Of a stretch of DNA of 64,000 nt, positions 11,540-35,980 are shown piece by piece. How positions within the stretch are numbered: position 1 is the stretch's first letter; each line of letters begins with the position of its first letter. The DNA comes from Botryllus schlosseri (lineage: Eukaryota), in the NCBI GenBank assembly GCA_051294905.1, contig CM119372.1, positions 25,112,001 through 25,176,000 on the forward strand. The letters are read 5' to 3'. Position numbers and translations under genes: made by a program. A model generated the notes under the pieces. That model ran no database searches. It saw only the letters and a program-made list of their open reading frames with translations, and was not told where the DNA came from.

Positions 11540-13461
11540 CACCACCTATATTGTTTGCGGTAATGATCAATGATTTACCGAGCTCGTTAGGTCATCGGTC
11601 TGAACATGCGGTGTTCGCAGATGACTGCGCTGTTTGGGATAGCGGTCTTCTTATCCAGCCCCTCTTGTCTTCCATTCAATCATCACTTGATGTAATAAGC
11701 GACTGGTGTTCCAGATGGGGATTTACCATCAGCAAGGCAAAGACCGTAGGCATGCTGTTCACGAAGAAAAGGAAAATTCCTCCACTCATCTTGAAAACTG
11801 GTGACCATGAACTTGAATTTGTCGACACCTACAAATATTTGGGTATCACGTTTGACAAATTGCTTAACTATAAGCAACATATCGATACGATTTCCAAAAA
11901 GTGCTCCAACAGACTGAATCTAATCAGAGTCGTGACTGGTACCGCATGGGGAGCGAGTAAAAAACCATTGCTGCAACTTTTCAGGGCGCTGATACGCTCA
12001 CTGATTGACTATGGGTTACCAGCATATTACTTCGCCCCAAAAAAGTATCTGGACAAGTTACGCACCATACGAAATCAAGCTCTCCGCCTCTGCTGTGGAG
12101 CAATGCGTAGCACCCCCATTTGTGCACTGGAAGCATCATGTGACGAGCTTCCTCTCCATCTGCGCCACAAACAGCTTAGCCTTAACTATCGCTGCCACCT
12201 TAGAGGTTACCAGGCTCACGAACACCCAACATTAGGAGTGCTTGAAGACTCTTGGCAGGAGATATATAGCCTCATGAACCCAAAATTCATTACCTTCAAC
12301 ATCGCCACCAATGTCGAGTCTCTGAATAACCTTGTCTTGGAAAGAAAAAGTCTTCCAAATTTGCCTCCATGGCTGATTCAATCACCTAATATTGATTTAG
12401 ACCTTGCAAAAATCATTAAAAAAGATATCGCACCTCTGTCACATAAACCCATAGTCCTGGACTTCATATTCGAACGATATAGGGATGCCACTGAAATATA
12501 CACTGACGGCTCCAAATCAGCAGAGGGAGCCGGTTTTGCCTTTACCATCCCGTCGCTGATGATAAACTTTTCCCAGTCGTGCTCCACTCTTAAGTCAATC
12601 TTCTCCATAGAAGCACAAGCCATTCTCCACGCTCTAAAATGGATCTGCCAGAATGGCTCATACCAACATACATATCTGATTCTATCGGACAGTCTGAGCG
12701 TGCTATCCGCTATGACCAACCTGCAGGCACCGCAAACGCAGAATGTTATATTTGAATGTGGTCGCTTGCTGAATCAAGTGGTCCAGAAAGGCGCCATTGT
12801 TGTCCTGGCCTGGGTACCGGGGCATGCTGATATCGGTGGTAATGAGTTAGCTGATAAATTGGCTTGGCAAGCTGCCAGAACAAATATCGAAAATTCCCCT
12901 TCTCACACGCTTCCAGACAAAATTAGCCACGCTGAGGCGAAAGCCAAAGTACGTCAATACTGTAGAGCGACCTGGAACGTCGAATATCAACGAAATGAGC
13001 GTGGAGGTCACTATCGAAATTTCCATAGATCATTGACTGATGGCCACTTTCCATCGATGCATCGACATAGGCTTTACGAACGAATAATATTTCGGCTTCG
13101 TTCAGGCCATTGCCGCCTGAAAGCGCATTTATATAAAATTGGATGTAGCGACACCGACCTATGCGACCATTGTAAAGTACCTGAAACAGTCGGAGCATTT
13201 TTTGCTGCACTGCAATCGATATGATTTTCATCGGAACTTTTTAATCGACAGGGCGTGCGAGCTCAAAATCACTGCAACACTCGAAAATCTGCTGATCATC
13301 CCCGAAATGTTATCCCATGTTGCAGAATTTGTTATATCTTGTGGCACTTACTTGTAAATCGGTTATTGCCCATATTTTGGTAAATCGCTCATTCTAGTCC
13401 GTGACGCACCTGGCCTTACAGGCGAAAAGCGTCACTCATCTTTTCATCAATAATAATAATA
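11540..13461 (+). mobile_element. 5'-truncated I-group (I/Nimb/Ingi-like) non-LTR retrotransposon with RT, RNase H and CCHC knuckle
   Basis: FADDCA and YKYLGITFD (RT); IYTDGSK, EAQAI, ILSDSLS, WVPGHADIGGNELADKLA (RNase H). CDHC...ETV-EHFLLHC is split by a +1 frameshift at ~13192. Stop at 13357; (taa)n tail at ~13449-13461. Confidence 0.92.
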
Positions 13462-13564
13462 GCACTCGTTCATTTCAAATCGAAGGAGCGGATTTTCAAG
13501 ACACGAGCATTCGAGCACGTTTTCAAGAAATGCAGTTGAAGAATTCGCTTTGAAATAATAGATG

Positions 13565-15300
13565 TCATCATCATCATCATCATCATCATTGGTTTATTAG
13601 CAATTTTATCAGTTCAATAGGGGAGATGTGGTACCGATGGATCAAAAATCGGAAAATGATCGCTGGCCCTGAAATGTTCAGCCGAAAACAACAGATCTTT
13701 TGCTGGCTCAGCACTTTGATACAAGCTCTACCTATCGCGCACATATACATGAATATCCGCCTTTTCAAAAAATATTTATGGGCGTTCAAAATTTGTTGCT
13801 CGAACGTGTCATCGGTCCCCACCAGGTGGGTCCAATGACACACGACCCGGGGACCTATGACACATATACCCTAAAGAACTCAAATGTGACTACTTTTCTT
13901 GCTCAGTATTTTAATCTAAGCTACAGCAAGCCAAAGAAGAATGTTTGGTCGCAACTGTCAAAAAATAGAATAAATATTAACTCAAATGTTGTCATAAAAT
14001 CACGTTTCGATTTAGGCTCGGACTTATAAATTTGAGGGTACATACATATTGTCCGAAAATCGACAGTGTGACTTCCAAATACCTCGTTATAGCGATAAAA
14101 CATCATATGCAATTATTACATAAAGATTTTCTGTACGTAGACATGTTTCATTTGTTTCATGATTAGTATGCTTGATTATTTTGCTTGATTTGGCTATTGT
14201 ATCATCGGTCCCCACCCTACGAATTTTATACATGAATCGAAAAAAAGTCCACTCAAGGAAAGTACTGAAAAAAATAATAGGTGCCATTATATATAGCCTG
14301 ATACAAGTCCTACACTTCACAATAAAAATGATTGCTGGTTTGTTCGTGTTGAAGGTTACAAAGAAAAATGTATATGTCGATATAAATTTAGTTTACACCC
14401 CCTAAAACAAAAATCATCTGTGAGAGACCCCATTGCTGGCGCACGTCGAATTTTTTTGTATGTGAGGAAAGATTTTGCCAGCATGCAATTGTAGACAAGT
14501 TCACGGAGTGTAATCATGGAATTATCATAGAGAATTTTCAAAGTATTTTCGGTCCCAGTGATCCATCGGTACCACATCTCCCCTACACCACAAAAAATGC
14601 GATACAATGAAAGAAAGGAAGATGTCGAAGCGACTAGGTTGTCGATGGAATCTGACACCCACCTTGGCCTAGGCGATGTAAAGAGGAGGCATGCACATTG
14701 CACACTGAATGAAAGTAAAGAAGATAGTATAGAAAAAGAAAGCGACAAGAAATAGGGCGGCATGTTATGGATAGGTCAGTCGTGGTCCGGTAATCTTGAG
14801 GATGGACTGTATTTATTTAGTAGTAATTGCTTGTATTTCGACTTGAATAGGGACATGCTCGTCGACTGTTGGATGGCCGGCGGGATACTGTTCCACACAT
14901 CAGGTCCGGCATATTTGATAGAGCGATGATCTTTTCGGTCGATCATATGATATTTGGACGACGTGGACGCGCGTGTGTTGTACTTGTGCGCTTTTGATTC
15001 AGAGGTAAAGAAGTCATTGAAATATTCGGGGCAACGACCGCAGTGAAACTGATACATAAACTTGGCGATTTCTAGTTTCCGCATATCTTCTATGATTAGG
15101 ACGCCGAATCTCTTCAGCAGCGACTTATTGGATGGGCAGCCAGGCCCCTTTGGGGCCCTAGCTATGATTCGGAGTACTTTATGCTGTAGTTTCTGCAGTG
15201 GCTTGAGTGCAGTTTTACTGGCAGCCCCCCAACAGAGGATGCCATAATGTAACTTCGATTGGATTAAGGATTTAAAGAGTATCAGAAGAACCCATGCTGG
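13565..15300 (-). mobile_element. 5'-truncated CR1/L2-group LINE (second subfamily), interrupted by a MITE
   Basis: ORF 14776-15300 is similar to 10380-10873 (LHYGILCWGAA...SIKYAGPDVWNSIP). The 3' UTR resumes left of the MITE and ends in a (tga)n tail at 13565-13589. Confidence 0.88.
13620..14583. mobile_element. Non-autonomous TIR element with TA TSD (Tc1/mariner/pogo-type)
   Basis: Perfect 25-bp TIR ggggagatgtggtaccgatggatca (13620-13644 / 14559-14583), flanked by TA on both sides. Confidence 0.88.
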
Positions 15301-15674
15301 CATGAAGCGCCCATCACAACATGAATAGTAGGCTATGATCTTATTTTCATGAAAAGTTATTTTATTGGTGTTTATCACTGAGCCTAGAGTTATCACTTGC
15401 ACGAGACAGATAACGATTGCATGATAATTGAGCTAAATTTGAACTGAATCTTCGTGAGGGTCCGCATGGTCCGTGACGGTCCGAAAGGGGTCCGCGAAGA
15501 CAAAAAGGTTGAGAACCACTGTTCTAAGCCAATGCGGATGGTAGGCTATCTGTTTGAAAGACTTCTCCAAATCGCCAAATTCCCCACCTATGAGTGTGAA
15601 ATTCCACCAAGGTCGGAAGCCTCTGCCTGGAACGGTCGTAAATACTCATCCCCAATGATGGATTTTGCATTATC

Positions 15675-15870
15675 TTCGTTTACTTTTCATTCAGTGTGCA
15701 GGTGCACTGTGCAGTGCATGTCTCCTCTTTACATCGCTTAGGCCCGGGTGGGTGTCTTATTTCAAAGACTACTCCAAGTCGTTCTGTCAACCTCCTATCT
15801 TTTCATTGTATCGCAGTCTCGTGGTGTTTTGAATTAATGAACATTATTAAGAAACTGAACACTGAACAGA
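15675..15870 (+). mobile_element. 3' UTR-only fragment of CR1/L2-group LINE
   Basis: Similar to 10970-11138 (ttttcattcagtgtgca...gtgggtgtct...tactccaagt...ttttcattgtatcgcagtct). Confidence 0.75.
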
Positions 15871-18484
15871 TATATGTGACGAAGATTGTCTATTAATTTT
15901 AAAAAATTGTTGCATATATGACATATTGCCTATTGGTCTGTGCCTTACGGTCATTTATATCGTGCAAGAAATGGACCACGGACAATATTGGCGTACAACA
16001 AAAGATACTGCAGGAAATAAGATTTTAGCACTATGAGAAGAGACAATCAAGGCTCATAAATCACAAATGAAAGCAATGGCAGTCTATCTGTCCGAATTGA
16101 TATCGTCTCACTACTGTCCACCACCGCCCACTAGAGGATACAATTATTCCTCGCATGTTATACAAGCGCCTGGAACTGGAGCAGTACTGGGCGCGAGTCG
16201 TGCATCTATCAGGTACGCTTGTTGAATAAGTGGCTCTCACATGCAAACAAATACCCAGTAATGGCTAGAATCCTGCAAATGTAAAATGAGGAATGAACCT
16301 CAAATCTTTAGTCGATACAATAAATATCGAAAATCGAAGTATGGTCGCTGGAAATTCGTGTCACTTCGAATGTGCATGTCGAAAACATATAAATTGATGC
16401 TTCAAACTCAAATCTATATTCATTCCTCGTTGAAAAATATGCGTTCGTGTATGATATATAAATTATATATCATTGCTCTGAGCTGACTGCGTCTTCAGTC
16501 TGACGTCAACGATGCTGGCTAAATTCTACGCGGATTTATTTAATGTTTCGTCTGTAAACTATACGTCAGCGGAAAAGAGAAGATATGCCGCGAACGGCGA
16601 TATGGGCGTCGAGCGAATATCCAGTGATTTTCACACGGAGTTTGTTGTGTCGCCGGGAAGTGTTATCGAAGGGGTATAAATGAGCCCTAAAGTTGAACAT
16701 TCTAGATGGTCAATGTTCATCATAAATAAAAATATATGCCTGCATGCAACGACCAAGAACATGAAAACTTGCTATGCGCCAAATGCCCGTTCCTATGTTC
16801 ATTGCTTCTGTTACCCAACACATACTAGGCGAAATATGTTTGTCTGTAAGGAGATTCGCAAAATTCGGTTCATTTTCTTCGTTTTTCTTTGTATGTTGTC
16901 GATGCGAATGACTTAGGTTTCCACGCAGGCAGAAAGCTCGTGATTTGACAATGTAGCCTACTTTACAATGAGTTTTCAAAGCGAATCCGAACTATTTGAC
17001 TATGACAACTTCGAATAAAAGAAAAACTGATTACTATACTACTATATATGAAACGTGCCATTGGATATATCAAATATCATAAAAAAATTAACTTTGTTGG
17101 TAGGATTTCCAAATGTAAACGGCTTTGAAGCTCGTTATGACAGAGCTTGTATCATCATCATCATAGGGTGATTATGAAATCATCAGTTTCAATGCGATTA
17201 GGTTCCTGCAAGTCAAGAAATAATTGTGTAACCGCGAAATCATTGTTTTTATTTACAAGATAACTTCTGGTTCGTTTTATTGTAAATTCATCATTTCATA
17301 ACATCACTAGGTTGCGATAATGACAAGATAGGAACAGCTATTAATAAATAATCTGTTTTGACTCTCCGCCATTATGGGAAGTATTTGAGCTTGGATTTAC
17401 TGAAAGAACACCAAAACATTTCAGCACTTTTGGTACTGCATCGTTGGTCCTATTATATATTGAAATTTCTATACTAGTCAAAATGTGAATTTACTGATCG
17501 ATGTAAGATTGTAATAAGCTGCGTAGACTATAGTATAAGTGTATTCGATTTGTTTTGATTGGTGTCGTCAATTGAACATTTCTATATGGTAAAAATTGAA
17601 TGAATGATGGTAATTGAACGACCAGAATTTCCACTAGCAATTTCCACGGCGGGGACCGGCTCTTTGATAATCAGGATTCAGGAATAGATGTCAGAGCAGT
17701 TGACTACGTTGTCCTCAATCAACCACTCGTTCTTGTCTCGGGAACTTTGCTGTAATATTGTTCGCATTAGTCATTCCAACGCACGCGTTATTATTGGTCA
17801 AATGAAACAATTATAGCGCATATATCGGTAGGAAAGGAACGAATTAATTTAGGATCTCCATGTCCAACGCATCAGCATCTTATTATGGTTTCGTTTCATG
17901 GATACTGGATAGCCTATTTAGTTTTACCCATATTGACGAAACTACCAAGATACGAACATGATACTTTATTATTCAGTTCTACCCATGTACAAGAGCCGAT
18001 AATTCGATATGAATTAAACAGCATGAGCTCACGTGAATTGCGGAATGAAATCAACAAAACATTCCGCTACAGCAGTGCCAATTTAACAAATGAGATTATA
18101 TGCATAACACTTCACCCACGATAGAATGTAATCTATTCCGTCTCTTGAACGGATATCCAAGAAGCACAAAGATATAACGACACTGCCTAGAATCCAAATC
18201 ATGCATTATTATTTTTATCACTATTTCGAAATGTAAATCGATAGAATAGTGATATCGATGGAATGAAATTGTGAGTAGGAGTCGGTTAGGCGTAATAATC
18301 AAACAACCACCTTTGGCGGATAAATGGAAGAACACGTAAAAGGAGTCATGCACGCAGAATGAGAAGGATAGAAAGATAGCATGAAATGGCGGAGTAATGA
18401 ACTGAAGGGGCACGTGTCGGTACGAAGTAAAGGCGAACTCTATCTCAATATGTAAAAAACGTTATGAGGGATCTCGCGTGCTGT

Positions 18485-18497
18485 TGACCTTTGACCT
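18485..18497 (-). promoter_or_regulatory. Perfect DR1 nuclear-receptor element AGGTCA-A-AGGTCA in CpG-rich region upstream of KDM2
   Basis: tgacctttgacct on + at 18485-18497, about 780 bp upstream of the KDM2 ATG. Function is not demonstrated. Confidence 0.35.
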
Positions 18498-19276
18498 ACT
18501 TTTGATTTTGCGGCGGCGATACTAGCACAATTCGGATTTTATTATCATAACTTAGTTTAGGATGAGGTTTGTTACGCGTGATCCCAGGTTACAGTAGCAT
18601 CGTCGTTTAGAGCATGCATTTTTTCTATATACGACACAGTCCTCATTATACATGCCATTATGAACAGTGACCACCATGAACGTTGTCGTTTATCACAAGC
18701 GGTCGGTCTGATCATTCAGTAAAGCTAGTTGCAGTCTGTTATCAACAGCGCACTATTATTTTAATGTTCATAATTCGACTGTGTTTAACTTCGTAACCAT
18801 TTTAATGGGCATGGTAAACGTTTCTGATTAGTTCGATACGATATAATTTTTCCGATTATAATATTTTCGAATTCTACATTGATTTGTATTTTTGACATTT
18901 AACCGATCATAGAATCGACGTATGTGTTACTGATCCCAGATTTACGAATCTGTAAATAGTTATTTACTGAAAGCATGGCTGAGGGAACCTTTTTGAAATT
19001 TTCGCCGTACCATGGGCGACTTGCTTGAAAATTAATATTTTGAGCGCTGTGTTTACAAAAAAAATTTTCGAGAGTGAGTACTTGTGGGTACTGAACCGTA
19101 ACATATCATACATACATAATTTCAAAGCTATCAACATGACAATGAGACACTTGTTTATTGTTTGTTGTTCCGCAATCAGTATTACTTCTGTCAATCAATC
19201 CAGTATAACATCTTAGCAATTATAACAAAAAAAATCCGAATATTCTCCTACATTGTAACTGCAAAAGTCGAACTGG

Positions 19277-30388
<11,112 letters not shown>

Positions 30389-31895
30389 GTACGGCTGCCG
30401 GTAGGTGCAGACCACTGCCTTGTTTACTATCCTGCCCGTTGCGCTGAGAGCTGTAATTTTCGGAAAACAGTGTGCATTTCATATATGGCCCGAGGTGTCT
30501 TGTACAGCACAATCTGTTATCGTTCTTTTCGTGTATTATGTGACGCTCCTGCATTGTTTTCTTTTCCGGTTGCCCGTTTGTAAGCGTCGACACATTCAAT
30601 TTTTTAATATAGTATCTTCGGACTCTGAGATTCTTGCAGTTGGTGGTGGTCCGGTTTATAACGACCAGATAGTGTAATGATGGAGATTCCGGCATCATGA
30701 TCGGTAGGACGTCGGTTCCATCACTGGAGGGATCAGAGCAAAGACGTGGTCATTAAAACTTATCTGTGCAGAATTGTACAAATGTACAAACTACTCGGTT
30801 AGTTGACGGTCATCGGCTAACTAACTAGCGTTTTTTTTGCGCAGTTGTAGTTGCAGATTTCGAAAAGTGAGTAGTTCTAGTTGCGCATTTTGAAGAGAGA
30901 GAGAGAGAGAATCTTTATTCGTATACATTACACATCAGCATCACACTACAAAAATGTAACAGTGAAATGCGACATGCAAGGTAGACAGGAGGCTCGATAT
31001 GACAAAGTCTTCAGAGCCGAGCCACCCAGGACAGGAGCAATATTCAGTCGATAGATCCAGTAGTTTGTACAAGTTTGTATATGTTGCTTCCGCTTGGTGC
31101 TTCGATAGCATGGAGAGGTGGTGCAAGACTTGGAAAGTCACTCAAGACCATTTCTACACCTTCCTTGTCCACTGGCATATGATCACGCACGCATGGTATG
31201 CATGTGTAAAATGCACAGATCGCGTGTATGTGTACACTGTACAGTACAGAGCGTAGGGTTGTTATACGTCCGGAATTTCCCTGTTCAGACTGCGTCCGGG
31301 AGGAATTTCTAAAATATGCCTACATGTCCGGGATTTTGAAGGCTTAACGTAGGCTCATAATTTATTCGTAAATCAACATTATAACATCATTTTTGGGAAG
31401 ATCTATGCCACATGAAATTTTTCTTCGCGCTGGGCGCGATTTACTTTCACATTTATTGATTTTGATATGGGGACTACCACCCTCGCAAAAACTGCAATAA
31501 CAATAAATGAAAATAACCTTCATTTACTGAAATAAGCCTAATTGCAATCGCAATTCTAGGAGAACGGTATATTCCTAGAGACGGTTAAGGCCGTTTAAAT
31601 GCTTTATTTAGAGATAGTGTTTCTAAACGTGGGGGTCGTTTGCCTTTATTATGTGGTTCGCGAAGATGTTGAACGTAATCAACATCGTCATGTAGCATCT
31701 TTACGGTCGGTGGTCATCATAATTAGAACATTCATTCCGTACCAATGATCTATATCAGTGGTTCTCAACCGGGGGTCCATACTTATCGCTATGAGGAAGG
31801 ATGCAGTTTATTTACGTCTGTACCATCCGTGTGCCCTGACGAAGGAACCGTTGGCTTATCGAGTGAACACCGCCAGTTTTTCCCAGAGCTGTACC

Positions 31896-32157
31896 CAGAG
31901 GTGGTCAGTAACGAAGTACTTCTACTTTTTGAAGTACTTGAAGTAGATCTTGCCTACTCATGCTACTTTGTAAGTAGTTAAGATTTTACACTACTTCTAC
32001 TTCTACTTGACAGTTTTCAGTTTTGTAGGCAAAGATAAGCGTAGAATACCTACTTACTTACTCGTGAACCACCACTCCTACTTCTGCTTGAGTAGAAATT
32101 TCGGCGTTACTTCTACTTCTACTTGAGTAGCGACGGTGACTACTTTGACCACCTCTG
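31896..32157. mobile_element. Short deletion derivative of the CAGAGGTGGTCA (TACTT-rich) hAT MITE
   Basis: Termini cagaggtggtca...tgaccacctctg; same family as 37366-38647 and 62314-63642. Confidence 0.8.
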
Positions 32158-32471
32158 GTACCAAGTCACTAGGTTCTGAGTGACAAGTCAATCTCACTTT
32201 TCTAGTTTTGACTCGAGTCAAGTCGAGTCATTTTCGATATACCACCGAGTCAATTCCGAATCCAAGTCAGCTAGTAGAGGGTCGAGTCCGAGTCATAGTG
32301 TTTTGACCCGAGTTCAAGTCATTATGTTCGATTTTCAGTTAATTCCGGTTAACCCACTTTTTCAACTCTGCTCGAATGATATAGAATGGCTCGCATTCAT
32401 AATATCGTAATTTTCCTCAGCCTTAACAGTTTCTGGCCTTATTGTCGAAGTATGAGGACTGATAGACGAAT

Positions 32472-34144
32472 CGGGGCCGTAACAGCACTTCGTCAGCCTC
32501 CCCCAAAACGTTGGTCTTAGGCCCCCCATAGGGTGATAAACCGAACTTGCGGTGAGGTGTGTTTCAAAAGGTAGGACCCCTCAATAATGATTAAACATCT
32601 TCTGGCGTAACTTCAATAATGATACATCTTCTGGTAGGAACGAAACAGCACTGTGTCAGATCCCCCCCAAATGGGTCTTAGGCTCCCATAGGGTGATAAA
32701 CCGACCCCCTCACGTTGTGCGCTTTTGCCACGAAAGTAGCTGTAGCTGTAGGCTACTGTTTAGTGAGCCAGCGACAAGAGCGAAAACTTTCGATAATTCA
32801 TGATCAAATCGGTCAATAAGATCGGGAATTGCATATATATTGTTATCAATTTATTGTCCTCTCTGCTCACGTTATCAGATTTGCCGGCAGAGCTGAGTAA
32901 GGTGTTTTGGAAACTGTAGGGCCAGTAAAAAATAATTAAACATCTTCAGGCGGGCGGACCCGTTGGCATCATGACTTCGTTACATGATGTTGTTTCGTGA
33001 CCTCTTGTCAGGGTTGTAATGACTCGAGTCACGATTTTCTGATGACTCGACTTGACTCGAGTCATTTTCTCAAAATACGGAAATGACTCGACGACTCGAG
33101 TAAATCTGTGTATTGACTCGACTTGGACTCGAGTCATTGCGCTTGACTCGAACCAAGTCATATGACTCGAGACTCAGACGGCCAAGACCGACATTTCATT
33201 GCAATTTCGAAGAATAGTAAAGGAGCCACACTATTGGGATTTTGTCTATTGGTACTGGTACTTGAGAATGCGACCAGAAAGTATTAAAAGTGAGGAAAAT
33301 TAGAATATTATAAATTCTAAACATTCGATATCACCAAACAGAGTTATAAAAAGTGGGTTTAACAAGACTTTAACTGGAAACTAACTGAGCAGTCAACACA
33401 AAGACTTGGACTCGGACTCATCCTCTTCTTACTGACTTGGACCCGGACTTGACTCGGTGGTGAATTGAAAATGACTGGACTTGACTCGAGTCAGAACTGT
33501 AAAAGTGAGATTGACTTGTGACTCGAAGCCTTGTGATTTGGTTACAACCCTGCCTCCTGTCTGCTATAACAAAAAAAATATAGAATCGTCCAAATGTACT
33601 AAACTAAAAGACGCACACGATTTCAAATTGGTATTTCTTCACTGGTATATATCATTTTTTCCTGCGGGATGGTATTTGTCTTCTGAGGTTCAGATCGCAA
33701 AGACAGTAACATTCGGCGCCAGTCATTTAGGTGCCTTTGGACAATTAAGCCTATATGTGTTTTGTATATATAACGAAGTTTTCGGTCACCGTAAGGGCAG
33801 TCCTTTTCGGCCAAGGTTTTCGCGCTGCCGATCTTTCTGTCACACTTCTTGGAGACGCATGTAATATGTCCTGAATCGTACAGTTATATGTCTTGGTGCG
33901 TTGTGGCGCGGTAATGGTCAACGCCGATATGATATCTTGCGTGTTTTTTTTGGGGAAAGAGTACCAAATAATCAAGACATTTGACAACTTGAAATCGCGC
34001 TCGTCGCGAATTTTTTTTTTTAAAGTTGCATAAATTTTCAAAAAATAATCTGTAATTTATGCTAATTCACGAAATAATTTTGGGCCCCCTTCGAGCTCGC
34101 CCCCCCCCAATTGGGGGGTTTGGGGTGCGGCAGTTACGGTCCTG
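32472..34144. mobile_element. hAT-type non-autonomous element containing nested MITE 33009-33552
   Basis: TIR cggggccgtaac...gttacggtcctg; perfect TSD agacgaat. A related inverted copy lies at ~59730-60451. Confidence 0.85.
33009..33552 (+). mobile_element. GACTCGAGTC-rich hAT-type MITE
   Basis: cagggttgtaa...ttacaaccctg; TSD cctcttgt/cctcctgt. Confidence 0.88.
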
Positions 34145-35980
34145 AGACGAATTACAAAGGATGTTAGGAAAGCCGCGGATACGGATAACCCGGCCGGTGT
34201 GTGAGAATCCATCGCCTGCGATCGCAAGAGCCGCTGAGTGCTCTCCGATCGCGCACTCTCCTTGAATTCGTCACCCTTACGGGTTCCTGTCTTGATTAGG
34301 CTACTATGAGCAATCTGCGACGCAGGCAATTGTGCAGGCCAGAGCATCGGGCGTTTTCGCAAGACGTGAGGTGGTTCCTTTGCTGGTCGTGGTATGAGTA
34401 TTGAGTAGGCTATCATTGTGAAGGCCTTTTGGACGTATGCATTTCAGTTACCTCGTAGGTTATACTACGACAAGTAGCCTATAGGGCAATTCTTAGTACA
34501 GATGGCAGTGGTTCTCAAAGCATGTGTCAATAATCGTCAGCTTATATTTTCATCTGCCCAACGCATTCACACATTGTACAATGCGATATACAAGACACAA
34601 TGCGATGTATTAAACAGATAGGATGCCAAAACGACCAGTGTCGGTCTCTTGATTTGGCATCCATATCGGCCAGGTGCCCGATGTCACAATCTTTTCGATG
34701 TTAATTTTTATTAGTCTGTCCTTTTAGTCGCTCTTACTTTTCTTTCATTCTTCATCGGGTCTTTTTTACTCGCGGGACGAGGAGACCAGAATAGCCTTCG
34801 ATGACGGGCCACCTGCGTACGTGGCGCCAACGTCACCTCATCCGCGTCAGCGGTGTCTTACAAAAGCCTGGAGGTGGGCCGTGCTATAAGTCGGCAGTCA
34901 CGGAAAATAAAAAAGAATATCGGCCTGGTGTAAATGTCCATCGTAGTCGACAAACACCATGAATACCACAAAACAAACAAAGCTCACTACTATGCTATCT
35001 CCCCTTCAAGAAGGGTTAACAAGAAACAACTTCACCATTTGCCGAATTTCTTCCTGAGATCTCTTGGCATGTCGTACATTTCTAATTCCACATTGTTATC
35101 TACTATAGCCAGTAATTAAGTGACACGAGCAAAAAACCCGTTACTACAATATCACCTGATCATAAAATGTGTACCCATTACCCACCCTGTATTACGCAAG
35201 CTGGCATATTGTGAAGTAAGATTTGTCTGCGCGGGTACGCAAGGGAGAAAGAAGTGCCAATTTGCACATGCACAGCCCTGTTGTTTAGTGTCATTGCGTG
35301 GTTTTGTAAAGTCATTGGATAGCGATAACTTCAATGGGTTTATGAGCTTGAAAATTTCCTGCAAGAAGTCATTGAATATAAAAAATCTGGAAACCATTAT
35401 GGATGTTTCTACAATTGTAGGCTACATCTAGCGCATGCTAATTGGAGCTTTTAAAGTGAACCGGAATCTGCTTGTCCCATACATCAATCCCTGCTCGTTT
35501 AAATGAAGGGAATCTTCTATCAGAGTGGAACATGACGTAGGCTAATGATTCTGACTGAAGATGTAAGAGTATGATATCAAAACCATAAAGAAATAATAAG
35601 GTTGTGTAATTCCTTTGACATATAGAACAATGACAAATAATTTACATTTTAAATCAGTGGTTGACCACCGGTCTGTGGTAAGTTTCCTGCCGGCACAAGC
35701 CTACAGGTCCGCAAGGTCAAAGGTTGAGAGTCACTTGCTTAAATATAGTTGTAGTGGAAAGATTGAGATTGAATCAAGATTTCCATGTCTTGAAAAATCA
35801 CTGACAGTTTACTAGAACCCGTCACGTGACAAAAATTTGAATGGAGCTCAATTTGAAATAGCCAGTTTATATTCAGCCAATGTACCTAACTGCATATATA
35901 TGTTTTTGAGCTATCACGGAAAGAGATCATCGATCGGTCAGCATTACTAATTTTAAAAAACGTGCGTGTCTCATAGCGAC

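Noticed and set aside
11440..11540. N-terminal part of the 594-aa ORF as LINE protein
   Set aside because: It precedes RT homology (PILFAVMINDLP) and is flanking DNA that happens to be in frame with a 5'-truncated element.
17640..17757. GIDVRAVDYVV resembling DEAD-box helicase motif V
   Set aside because: An isolated short match bounded by stops, with no other helicase motifs nearby.
16000..18450. Additional small gene between the LINE cluster and KDM2
   Set aside because: Several exon-like pieces occur on both strands, but I found no phase-consistent chain or recognisable protein.
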